Source of the DNA: Histomonas meleagridis 2922-C6/04-290x
Taxonomy: Eukaryota > Protista > Parabasalia
NCBI GenBank assembly: GCA_020184695.1
Contig: JAANOX010000153.1
Span: 1,093,040-1,157,039 of the forward strand
Reading direction: 5' to 3'
DNA: 64,000 nt
Below the pieces are notes generated by a model that had not been told where the DNA came from, made no database searches, and saw only the letters and a list, made by a program, of their open reading frames with translations. The translations under genes and the position numbers were made by a program. Shown here one piece after another: positions 21,741 to 33,200 of this stretch (position 1 is the stretch's first letter; the number at the start of each line of letters is the position of its first letter).

Positions 21741-22934
21741 ATGTCTTTTTCGATCATTGATGCTGGACACAAAGAGCTTTACCGAATTGATAGAAAGCTT
21801 TCGCAATTTGCATCAATAATTCAATCATATTCTGAACCACAACATTTTAAAGGAATTCTTTCTCCAGATGATTTGAAATCAGCCAAATCAATTTGGTTCT
21901 TCGGTCCACAAAAAGATATCACTCCCGAAGAATCCACTGCTCTTGAAGCATTCATGCTTAATGGTGGTGCTGTTTTTCTTTTATCATCAAAACTTCCACC
22001 AAATTTTAACGCTTTTACAAAAAAGTTTGGTTCAACCATCAATGAACCTGTAATTTCCCCTACATATATCACATATATCGACCCACATGAAATTACAGTT
22101 CAAGGTGGTGTTGTTAATCGTTCTATTACTCAATACATTCAAATTCAAAAGCCAACTTTTGCATATCCTAATGGCACAAATCTAGAACTTCGCTCGCCTG
22201 CAATACCTCTTTTATCATCAGGACTTTCTTCTTATCCGTTGAATCAACCAATTATCTCATACTCAAAAGTTGGAACCAAAAAAGGTTCTCTTGTTGTTGT
22301 TGGCTCACCTTCTTTGTTTAATGATGAGTGGTGCAAACATGAATCAAATGAACTACTTCTTAAATATTTGATTGAATTATCCATTCAAAAAACTCAAGAG
22401 ATCAACATGATTGATGCCGAACATCCCGAGATCACTGAGAGGTGGTATACTCCTGATGTTGAAAGCATGAGTGAAAAATTACTAAGTTGCATTCAAGAGA
22501 GCGAAAAGTTAAATTCCGACTTCCATCAGAACTTCGAACGTGGCTCTTTCAGAATGGACATGTCCTTTGTCGCTAAGCTTCCTTCCTTAGCGCAAAGTTT
22601 GGGTTTGAAAAACGAACCATTGGAGACCGTTAAGCCGCAATTTGATGCTGCGCTGCCACCGCTGACTCCAGCCGTATTCCCACCGCAAATGAGAGAGCCA
22701 AAGAGTCCTGTTTTAGAATTGTTTGATTTGGATGATGCTTTTGCATCACCTAAAACAAGACTTGCACAATTAGCACAAAGAACATCACCAAAAAATGTTG
22801 ATACATTCATTCTGCAATCTGCAAAAATTTTGGGAATTTCACCACATTTGCCAGAAGATAAACAAACAGCAAAAGATGTTGTTGAATATGTATTTAGACA
22901 AATCGTAAAGTGGAAGCGTCAGTCATCGGAATAA
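21741..22934 (+). CDS. IFT52: Intraflagellar transport protein 52
   Basis: GIFT-like N-terminus, PTFAYPNGTNL, LTPAVFPPQMREPKSPVLELFDLDDAFASPKTRLAQLA. Confidence 0.92.
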   Translation: MSFSIIDAGHKELYRIDRKLSQFASIIQSYSEPQHFKGILSPDDLKSAKSIWFFGPQKDITPEESTALEAFMLNGGAVFLLSSKLPPNFNAFTKKFGSTINEPVISPTYITYIDPHEITVQGGVVNRSITQYIQIQKPTFAYPNGTNLELRSPAIPLLSSGLSSYPLNQPIISYSKVGTKKGSLVVVGSPSLFNDEWCKHESNELLLKYLIELSIQKTQEINMIDAEHPEITERWYTPDVESMSEKLLSCIQESEKLNSDFHQNFERGSFRMDMSFVAKLPSLAQSLGLKNEPLETVKPQFDAALPPLTPAVFPPQMREPKSPVLELFDLDDAFASPKTRLAQLAQRTSPKNVDTFILQSAKILGISPHLPEDKQTAKDVVEYVFRQIVKWKRQSSE

Positions 22935-23247
22935 ATTGTACTTTTTAAAGTAGTTTGTTTTTTGTATTTTAAAATCAAGGATTAAATTCCAAATTAAATA
23001 AATTTATGAAGGTAATCCAGAGATTTATTTGTGGATTGGATCAATTTGAATTATGGAAAATGGAAACAAAAGATGAAACAATAACATGTTATAAATATAA
23101 AATTTCTCTTATTTTGAGTTTGTAATATCTTAGTTGCAAATAGTTAAAGTCATTAAACTTGTTAAAAATGGTTATAACCATTGATAAAATAAATCCGATT
23201 TCCTATTTTATGGGTTGTGATGTCACAATTAACGTCTTTTCTCCATT

Positions 23248-24813
23248 ATGCCTAGAAAAGTCGCAATTCATCATATGCTTCTGGAATTAAAAAATCAATT
23301 TTCAACTGATAGGGAAGAAATAATTGATGCAATTCCTGTAATATCTTCTTTTTTTGATACATCTCGAATATCAGATGAATTAATACCGTTTCTAACTTCT
23401 ATTTCAAATTTTCCAATACAACTAAATGCCAAATGCATTCGCCAAATAGGGAAGATAAAATATTCAAGTTTTAGCGAAGATCAAGTTAAATCAGTGTTGG
23501 ATCGAATTAAATGTTTTTCTGAATCAGAATCTCAAGAAGTGAGAAATGCATTTATTGATTGCTTTGTTGATATTTGCAAAGACATTAATCCAACTTTTCA
23601 AAGTCATATTATTACAAGTTATATCAGCTCTTTTTTATCATGCAAATATTCTACATTTCCACAAGCATGCGGTGCCACCATTTACAGTAAGTTAATTTCC
23701 TATATTAAAGATGATTCCAGAATTTTTTTCTCATCATTTGTTGATTTTGCAAACAATTCAGAATCATCAATAGTAAAACAATCAATAGCGGAAGCCTCAA
23801 GTTTACTTTTAGACTATGATAAAGACAATTTTCTCATTGATCTAATTATGTATTATTCAGCAGACTATTCCACATCCGTTGTTTCAGCAATCCCCAAATT
23901 TTTAGTCACGTATCTATCCAAAACCAAAGATATCAAAACCACAATTAGCATTTTCCAATCTTTAATTATTTCATCAGATTGGCGAGTTCGATGCATCACA
24001 ATCAAAATATTTCCTGATCTTTTCCATATTTATAAAATTCCTGTTTCATTTTTTGTTTCTTTATATGAGCATTGCATTCAAGATTCTGAAATTGAAGTCA
24101 AAATTGCAATTGTTCAACAACTAAAAATTCTTATAAACGTTCCCGAAGCGAAAGAACAACTTCAAAATCTTTTACTGAATGCTCTTTCTAATGATTCTCC
24201 TCATATTGTTACAATCGCCATCCAATATGCGTTAGAAATGAGGAATCCAACATTCATTACGCAAAATGTAATTAAACTTTTAAGGTCACAAAACGTCGAA
24301 ATTAAACTTGCTGCAATAAATGCATTAAAAACGCCATCGATACCAAAAGAAATTATTATCCAACAAATGTTACATATAATCAATTATTCGAATGATTGGA
24401 GAGAAAGAGAAAGTTTAGTTTACTTATTAACAGATTTAACATTTGATGTAAATGAAATTATTATAAAGTTACTCAGTGACGAAGCATATAAAGTACGAAA
24501 ATCAATGGTTGCTCAAATCCCAAAACTTATTTCGAAGTTTGGTAATGAATGGGCAATTAATCATTTAATGCCTTTCATCAAGCAAACAGTGAAATATGAA
24601 GATTATCAAATAAGAGAAGTTGGCGCAATGGCTCTTTTATGCGCTGAGTTACATCATACAAAAGAAGGGGAAAAGATTTTGGACGCATTTGCAAAAGATC
24701 CTGTTGGTAATGTTAAAATTGTTATTGCTAGAAACATAGAGAAGGGACATCCAATCTTGCAGCTGTTAATGAAAGATGATGACGAAGATGTAAGGTTAGA
24801 AGCATCAAAGTAA
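23248..24813 (+). CDS. HEAT-repeat protein, divergent PP2A scaffold (A subunit)-like
   Basis: DWRVR, DSEIEVKIA, NDWRERE, LLSDEAYKVR, YQIREVG and KDPVGNVKIVIAR follow PP2A-A HEAT motifs. Confidence 0.7.
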   Translation: MPRKVAIHHMLLELKNQFSTDREEIIDAIPVISSFFDTSRISDELIPFLTSISNFPIQLNAKCIRQIGKIKYSSFSEDQVKSVLDRIKCFSESESQEVRNAFIDCFVDICKDINPTFQSHIITSYISSFLSCKYSTFPQACGATIYSKLISYIKDDSRIFFSSFVDFANNSESSIVKQSIAEASSLLLDYDKDNFLIDLIMYYSADYSTSVVSAIPKFLVTYLSKTKDIKTTISIFQSLIISSDWRVRCITIKIFPDLFHIYKIPVSFFVSLYEHCIQDSEIEVKIAIVQQLKILINVPEAKEQLQNLLLNALSNDSPHIVTIAIQYALEMRNPTFITQNVIKLLRSQNVEIKLAAINALKTPSIPKEIIIQQMLHIINYSNDWRERESLVYLLTDLTFDVNEIIIKLLSDEAYKVRKSMVAQIPKLISKFGNEWAINHLMPFIKQTVKYEDYQIREVGAMALLCAELHHTKEGEKILDAFAKDPVGNVKIVIARNIEKGHPILQLLMKDDDEDVRLEASK

Positions 24814-25087
24814 ACTGTTCTTATAGCATTGATGAATGGTAAAAGGTTTTATGAAATAAATAAAAAATTGTTATTAATAAAATAAAAATATTAAAATATG
24901 TTTATAAACATAGATATTAATACATATATTTCAAGAAATGCAACATCATTGATGAAGAATAAATTTAGTAAAGACTTCAAATTGAATTTTGTTTGCTTTC
25001 ATATATCTCAATTTCCTTCATAAAATTAATATATTAATAACCTCGTTTTTCCATGTAAAATTGATTTCAGAAAAAGCCACAAATACT

Positions 25088-25520
25088 AAAATTACTAGTA
25101 TAGGATGGAGAATAATATGTGCGGAAATTAAAGGAACTCATAAGACCATTTTTGGAAAACCTCAATGTTTTTTTGTTTTTAGAGATATAGAGCCTAAATA
25201 AAAAATCTCCGATTTGTTTTCAAACATAAGTTACAAGTATGAGATACTATTGGGAAAGAGCTATATCGCGCCATTCCAAAGTCGTCTTAAGAGGTGCAGA
25301 TGAAATCTGTTTAATACTTGACAATCTGTTTAATACTTGACTATACAAACGAATCTTCCTTTAAAATGTTAGGTGACTGGATGGGTTCCATCAAAGAAAA
25401 TAATGATGTTCATGTAACTGTTTTTCTTATTGGGAACAAATGTGGTATGGAAAGATTTGATTCAGAAGAAGATGTTTCCTGGTTTTGATGAAAATTTGCC
25501 TACTTGGTAATGTCAAAATG
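25088..25520 (+). pseudogene. Rab-family small GTPase pseudogene (absent from ORF track)
   Basis: From 25231: LQV*DTIGKELYRAIPKSS*RGADEICLILD, then YTNESSFKMLGDWMGSIKENNDVHVTVFLIGNKCG; degenerate G3, RabF and G4 motifs with stops and a 19-nt tandem duplication (25304-25341). Boundaries approximate. Confidence 0.8.
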
Positions 25521-25661
25521 ATAATATTTAATATTGTGCTTCATAAGTTTCCTTTTGGCATTCTGGAGAACTTTTTCATCATGACAAACGAGATAATTTC
25601 TATTAGAAATGCAGATTATCACTTAAACAAGTAAATATATTAACGTTTACTCATGTTTTAT

Positions 25662-26063
25662 TTATTCTTCCTTCTTCTTTGTTTGACCGAGAAGAACTTT
25701 ATGAATATGTGGAACAACACCTGCTGATGCAATTGTAATGTTGGAAAGAAGTTGGTTCAATTCTTCATCATTACGAATTGCAAGCATGATATGACGTGGT
25801 GAAATTCTTGTTTTCTTGTTATCACGTGCTGCATTTCCGGCAAGTTCAAGAACTTCAACTGTAAGATATTCAAGAACTGCTGCCATGAATACTGGAGCGC
25901 CTGCACCAACACGATCGCCATAACGACCTTCACGAAGGAAACGATGAAGACGTCCTACTGGGAATTGAAGTCCTGCACGACTTGATCTTGTCTTCGGATG
26001 AGAACGTTCACCATCAACTGCTGTCTTTGTAGCTGTTTTCTTAACACCTTTCTTAGCTGGCAT
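25662..26063 (-). CDS. H2A: Histone H2A
   Basis: [48 protein letters not shown]. Confidence 0.98.
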   Translation of the reverse strand: MPAKKGVKKTATKTAVDGERSHPKTRSSRAGLQFPVGRLHRFLREGRYGDRVGAGAPVFMAAVLEYLTVEVLELAGNAARDNKKTRISPRHIMLAIRNDEELNQLLSNITIASAGVVPHIHKVLLGQTKKKEE

Positions 26064-26069
26064 ATGAAA

Positions 26070-26076
26070 TAAATGA
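26070..26076 (-). promoter_or_regulatory. Initiator-like element of H2A
   Basis: TCATTTA on the minus strand a few bases upstream of the ATG; matches the trichomonad Inr consensus TCA(T/C)T(T/A). Confidence 0.5.
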
Positions 26077-26205
26077 ACTCATTTTTTACCGCCAACATTA
26101 AAAATTTTACGCGCCATTTCAAAATTCATTTATATTCAAATATTATAGGTCTAAAACAGCATCATTGAAAATCGAAAACAGTTTTACCGCGGCTTTATTG
26201 CAAGT

Positions 26206-26212
26206 TCATTTT
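26206..26212 (+). promoter_or_regulatory. Initiator-like element of H2B
   Basis: TCATTTT 11 nt upstream of ATG 26217; trichomonad Inr consensus. Confidence 0.55.
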
Positions 26213-26216
26213 TTAG

Positions 26217-26603
26217 ATGTCAACAAAGAAACCTGCATCAAAGACACCAACAGAAAAGAAGCCAGCTGTTGAAGGAGAAGCTCCAGCTGAAACTGAAAAG
26301 GAAAAGAAGCAACGTCATAAGAAGAGGAATGAATCTTTCTCATCTTACATCTTCAAAGTTCTTAAACAAGTTCATCCAGATATTGGTATCTCCAATAAAG
26401 CTATGTTAGTCATGAACAACTTTGTAACAGATATATTCGAACGTATTGCACGTGAAGGTGCCCGCCTTGTCGATATGAACGATCGTAACACATTAGGATC
26501 ACGCGAAATTCAAACAGCAGTTCGTCTTGTTCTTCCAGGTGATCTTGCCAAACATGCTGTTTCAGAAGGTGGTAAAGCTGTTGCCAAGTTTAATGCCGAA
26601 TAA
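26217..26603 (+). CDS. H2B: Histone H2B
   Basis: [48 protein letters not shown]; divergent from H2A. Confidence 0.98.
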   Translation: MSTKKPASKTPTEKKPAVEGEAPAETEKEKKQRHKKRNESFSSYIFKVLKQVHPDIGISNKAMLVMNNFVTDIFERIAREGARLVDMNDRNTLGSREIQTAVRLVLPGDLAKHAVSEGGKAVAKFNAE

Positions 26604-26643
26604 ACAAAATACAAATAATGTTGAACAATAATTTTTATTTATT

Positions 26644-27120
26644 TTAATTCCATTTTATTTGTGATTGATGAACTGTTATATCATCTTTGAGAATGTTTCT
26701 CTCTATTGTTGTAGGATCTATTGTTTTAAGATTATCAAGTGCATCATCAGGAACAATATTTGAAACATAATAACCAATTCGTATAAACTCTTGTTCTTTG
26801 TAATAAGCAACAAGTAAAATAACAGTAAGTGGGAAATCTTCTGGTGGAATTTCTGATACTTTTGGTGGATCTGCAGTTAATACAAAACGATTCATACCTA
26901 CTTCGATTGGACCAACTCTAGTATCTGCAAGAGTTTGATCATAATCGTGTGAAGTAGCAGAACCAACATAAATTACTTCCCATGTAATATATGTTGGAAT
27001 TGCAACTGTACATTCGAACTCTATATCAAACTATGAATTAAAAAATAAACATACCATTATTTTATCAGTAAAATTACCTTTTGGATTAACTACAACAACG
27101 TTTTCTACGTTAATACTCAT
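26644..27120 (-). CDS. ASF1: Histone chaperone Asf1, two exons (27120-27055, 27030-26644), 150 aa
   Basis: Spliced translation MSINVENVVVVNPKGNFTDKIM|FDIEFECTVAIPTYITWEVIYVGSATSHDYDQTLADTRVGPIEVGMNRFVLTADPP...QEFIRIGYYV. Confidence 0.9.
27031..27054 (-). other. 24-nt GT-AG spliceosomal intron in ASF1
   Basis: GTATGTTTATTTTTTAATTCATAG; carries an in-frame TAG, and removal restores continuous Asf1 homology. Confidence 0.85.
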
Positions 27121-27200
27121 TAAACAAATTGACAAAGTTTGTTCGATTTCACTTAACAAAACAAATTTAAAATTAAAATTTATTTATTTCAGTACAAACA

Positions 27201-30200
27201 TCATTTTTCTAATGCTTTAGTTATAATTTCTTTACATTCACTTATTAGATTTTGAATATTTTGTGCTATTGATTTAGTTTCCGGTTTCAATTTATTTGTT
27301 TTAGTGAACTTTTCTCTTATTGCTCTAATTATTCTTGAAAATTCTTTTGTAATTTTAGTTACGTTTGAATTAAATGCTCCATTTGGTTCATTCATTGAAG
27401 ATAAATTAGAAAACTTAAGCATTTCTTCAATTAATTCGTTGAATATTGAAATTATTTCTAATGTTTTATCACATAGTTTTGTATTATTAATTTGTGCAAC
27501 AAAAAGTATATCAAAAAATTCATTTCTTTTTTGTTCAGTTGTTTCGATTAACGATAACAAATTTGTAGCTAAACTTTTTATGTCTTCATTTTCATTAATG
27601 TTTATCATTGTTAATTTAAAGTTACGTGGCAAACGATTCGCATTTTCTAAATCTGGAACATAAACTTTACAATTGTTAAGGATATCAACAAATTCCAAAA
27701 CAATTTTAGTTAAGTCTAAAAATGAAATTAAAACATTTCTCAAAGAAATATTATTAAACTCTTTAAATGTTTCATTAAATGACTTAAAATTAGTTTTAAC
27801 TTTCTCTAATAAATCAGAATAATCATTATTTAAGTTTAATATTTCATTAAATTTTACGTTTAAATCTTCGAATAATTTTTCGATTATTCCGAAATATTTT
27901 TTAATTAATTTATCATTAACAATAACTTTTGTTTTATTATTTAATAAAAGTAAATAATGTTTTAATATTTCAATAACAATTACATATGAATCATTTCTTA
28001 ATTTTTGTATTTCATTTTCTTCTTTATTAACATTTTCTTTATTAATTAACTCAATATAATTATCTATTAATTCATTAAATATTACAAAAATGTTTTTAAT
28101 TTTAATAATTGGCGAAAATGAATTTGTTATATCATTAACTAAATAAGGAAATGTATTAATAATTGATTTACAAAACAAATTTAATATTTCATTTCGATTA
28201 AAACTTATTAATGATTCAGAATTAAACATTAAAATATGGACAAATGTGATGAAATCAATTGTTTCATTTATTACATTATTAATATCATTAGAATTTCGTT
28301 CGTAAACAGAAAATTTAAATTTCTTTTCTAAATATGTAATTGTTTTCTTTGAATTGTTTAATTCATTTTTAATTTCTTCGATTTTATTTATGTTTAAAAT
28401 CGAATTATTCGAATATTTATCTGTTATATCGATTAATTTTTTCTTTAATTCATTTAAGTTTTGATGAGCTTTTGGTGTAATTGAATTTCGTTTTTCGAAA
28501 TATTTTCTTATTAATATTTTCAAGTTTAAAACTATTTCTTGTAAATCGTTAATAGTCTCATTATTATAATTATCAAATTTTATTGAGTTAATTTTCAGTG
28601 CTTCGAAATATATTACAAATAAATTTAATTGTAAAACATCTTTTTTATCAATTGCATTTATAAACTTCGAATAATAATTAACTAAGAAATGTTCATTAAA
28701 TTCAGTAATTAATGCTTCGATTTTTAAGATAAATGTTAAAAAGAAACACAAAAACTTTCGAAACTCATTATTAGCTTTAATATAATTTAATGAACTCGAA
28801 TCAATTTGTATAATAATTAAATATTTAATTAAATTCATTGGATGTGAATTAATTTGCGATTGTATTTGTTTCGATGTCTTTGGCAATATTTTAGACAACA
28901 AAAGGATATAATTAGGTAATAATTTAATGATATATTCGATTTCATTATTATATTCGAGATTTTCTACATTATTATATATTTGTTTTGTCATTTGGATAAT
29001 ATCTTTGTTAAGTTTTGTTAATAAATTTATACATTTATCAATAGATAAGTTTTGAATTGTTGTTGAATTTGTAGTTATTTCTCTATAAATTTTATGTATT
29101 TCATTTATTAATAATTTTTTAGTTGGCAATTTAGTTATATAATAATTAATATTAATAAAATCTTTTGACTGAACATTTGTTTTGTTTTTAATAATTTTAT
29201 ATAACTCGTTAATAACTATATATAAACGATATAAAATGTTTTTATTTTGCGTTTTAATAAATTTGTCGAAATTATTATCGTCAATGAATAAATAATATTT
29301 AATTAGCTCATGATAATCATTTAATTCGTTTATAACAAATTGTTCTTTAATGTATTTTGATGATTGATTTGATATGCCAATTAATTCGGATATTGAATTC
29401 ATAAAATGAATTAATTGTCTTGTGATGAAAAGTCTTTGAAGTGATTCTCTATTCGATTTAATTGTTTGCATGATATCATTTAATGAAATTAATTTTTCAT
29501 TGTTTAAAAATTCAGAATTATTTTTGAATTCGTTAATTTGTAATGTGAATAATTCATTTAATATTATATTTGAGTCAATTTTTGTTTTATTTTTAATTTC
29601 GTTATCATTATTCATTAAGTTAATTAAATTATTTATAACATATTTCTGAGTTATTAAATCATTTTGTGATATATTTAATAAATAATTATCTAAATCATTT
29701 GTCTTTTGTATTATTTGAATTTCTTCACTAATTGAATTATGAATTGTTTCGATGTTTTCTATATTTATTTCGTTGTTATTAATATTTCCTAATTTTATAT
29801 AATCAAATAATGAACAATATAAATGGAATTCGAGTTTTTTCATTTCATATTCATTTGTTATTGTTTGATTTATTTCATTAAAATTATAAGTTTCTAACAA
29901 ATTTTCTTTTTGTTTGTTGTTTAATATTTTACTATTAGTTGGATCTCTTTGTATAAGTGTTGCTAACTCGAAAATGTTTTCGTTTTCATCTGAAGTTGTT
30001 TGGATTTGAAGTTCATTTTGTATTATATTATAAACTTTTTCTTGATTTTCTTTCTTCATGTTTTCGATAAATGTTTTTGTTTTCGTTTCATTTGGTTTCA
30101 TTTGTATTAATTGAGAATATAAACTTAATGAATCTTTATCATGTGATGATGTATTTGTTGGTTTAATATTAAACAAAATTAAAAACTTCTGTAAAAAGTT

Positions 30201-33200
30201 ACATTTTTGATAATAAACATTTAATTTATCGATTTTTTCAAATGAATAAATTGTTAAATTTTCTGCGAAAGGATTAATATTAGATAAAAATGATTCATCA
30301 ATAAGTAAATCATGTAAATCATCTTGTAATTTAATAAATATTTCATTAATTTGCTTTGTAAAATCTTCACAATTAATTTCGTGGTAATTATTATTAATTA
30401 ATGTGTTAATTAAATATGAAATTAAATTATTTTCATTAAATAAATCAAATTCAGTTAAATTTTGTAAATAATTTTTTAATTTATTTGGTTCATTTATCAA
30501 ATTTAATTGAGCATAAATCGATTCTTTAATGTCAATTTTATTATTTGCTTCGAATTTCTTTTCGATGTTTTTGTTATTTAAAACACATTTTTGTAAAGTT
30601 CTTAATTTTTCTATTAAATCAATTGAGTTCAAAATATTTGTAACGTATTGAAATATTTGAATGGTTAATTTTTGATAGAAAATGTCATTAATTGTTTCAT
30701 GTATAATTTCATTATTTTCAAACAAACGCTCTAAAATTTGTAGTGGATTTAAATCAACAATTTCTTTGAATAAATCTTTTGTCTTTAAAATATATGAAAT
30801 TATGTTATGAATAATAAATATTTGTATAATAATTTCTTCATAAAACAAATTCTTTTGATAATATTTTAATATTTCAGGCGAATTGATTAATTTGATTTGA
30901 TTTAATATAATTTCTTTTTGTTTTAATAATTTTATTTTTGAAACTTTCTTATTTATTAATTCATTTTTATTTAATAAATTATATATATCTTTGGAACTAT
31001 TATTTATTATTATTTGTTGTTGAACAGTTAATAACATTAATATTAATCGTATAATCGAAAATTTAGTTGATAAAAATTGGTCAATTTGTTCATTCGAATA
31101 ATTAAATGAATTAAATTGAATATCTTTAATGAAATCGAAATAATTTATATTTACATTCATTGTTGAAATATAATTAATATAAAACACGAAAACTCTTTGT
31201 TGTGTTCCAATTTCTTCTTCATTAAAACTTTTATCATTATTACAAAATTGATCTTTAATTGAATCAATAAATTTTTCATTAAAAATAAATTTGTTATTAA
31301 GTGAATTTGGATATGTTTTTAATTGTTGGTTTTTAAGATTACATATTAAATATATTAAAGAAAACTTATAAAATTCGTTTTTAATTTCATTCATAACTTT
31401 AAATGAATTGAATTCTTCAATTTTTATGTTATTTTTCCTTAATATTAACGATTTAAATTCATTTTGATTTAACCTTTGTTGATCATCAAATGAAAGAAAA
31501 TCTTTAGATTCACCATTTTTATCTTCGATTTTATAATATTTGTTTTGGAATTTTTGATATATTGTTTTAGAATTACTATAATTTCTTTCAGGAATTAGTT
31601 TTAATATTTGATTTTTATGTTCATTAACATTAATATTATTAATAATTAATGATTCGTTTTCGATATTAAATGTAATATTTCTTTGATGTATAATACTTTT
31701 GATATATTTCTTCATTTTGATGAATAATTTTTTGTTTTCTTCATTTGAAATTTCCGTTAAATTATTTTGTATGTTTTCAATTTGTTGTATCATTTCAATT
31801 GGAAATTCTTTAAATGTAATGAATTTATTTAACAAAACAATTTGTGATTTAATTATTGTTAAATTTTCGTTTCCATTTTCTAATTCTTTAAGTATATAAT
31901 CAATTAAACAATAAATTTGTTCATGTGAAATTATTGTGAATGAATTTTTATAATAATTTATTAACTCACTCATTTCATTTAAATAATTAAAATAGTTTTC
32001 AAGTTTCATAACTTGTTTTTCTAATTTTAGATAAATATTATTAATATAAAATTGATAATTTTCTGCTAATTTAAATGGATATAATATATCATTTTTCTCA
32101 TTATTATTATGAGAAAACAAAATTGTTATAGTTTTACGTATCCATTTAATATCTGAGGTATTACTTGACTTATAAATAATATTTTCTGTTAAATGTATTA
32201 ATGATCTATAAGTATCACAAAAACATTGTCCAAATGTTAAATCAAGTTCTTCTAACCAAATATGGAATAAATTAAAATCATTTTCAAACAAATTTAGTTT
32301 TTTATTTTTTGATATTGAAATTAACATTTTCATATTCGAATCATATTGATGATAATATTGTAATAAGAATAATAATGAATCAATAGAATTGAATTGCGTA
32401 ATTTTTCTAACTTTAAACTTTTGAAATAAATTAATTATTTGTGATCTTAAAATATTTTCAACTTTATGAATTTTCTTAGAATTTCTTTTATTCTTTGTCT
32501 TAGAATCAAATGAATTCATTATTTGTGTTAAATATTTATTGAGAAAAGTCATTTCTTTAATGGCTAAATCTTTCCAATATTGTAATTTCTTGTTACTATT
32601 TGGTATTAATGGTATTATTTCTCGTAATATTTTTGAAAGATTTATTTGTTGGTAATCAAAATCGAAATCAATTTTTAAGTTAAACTTAGATATTGTATTT
32701 GATATATCTTCAAACATTTTTTCATCGTAATAATCTGGTTGAAGCAATTTTAAGATATTATCTATTAATTTTTGATCAAGAATTAAAATTTGTTCTTGTT
32801 TCAGCTTAGAAAACAAAACTTTTTTCTTTGAAGTTGTTGTATATTTGAGACAAATATCATAAATTGCTAATAAGTTTTTGATTTTATTATAATCAAAATA
32901 AGTAAATTCTGAAAACATATTAACAGATAATTTATATAAATAATCACAAATTGAATTTGTGTCTTTATTCGAATCATTAATATAATTTATATATGAATTA
33001 ATATGATTTGAAATTTTCGGAAATACATTTTTAAGATTTTCAAGTTCTTTAAGTAATTTGTCTTTACGTTTTTCTAATGAGTTTAATATTTCATTTGTTG
33101 TTTCTTGTTTCTTTTGTTGTGCTTTTAATTTATCATTTAAATATATTGCGTTTTGATTAATGTTATAAATACTTTTCAAAGATTGCTCTGAAATTGAAAA

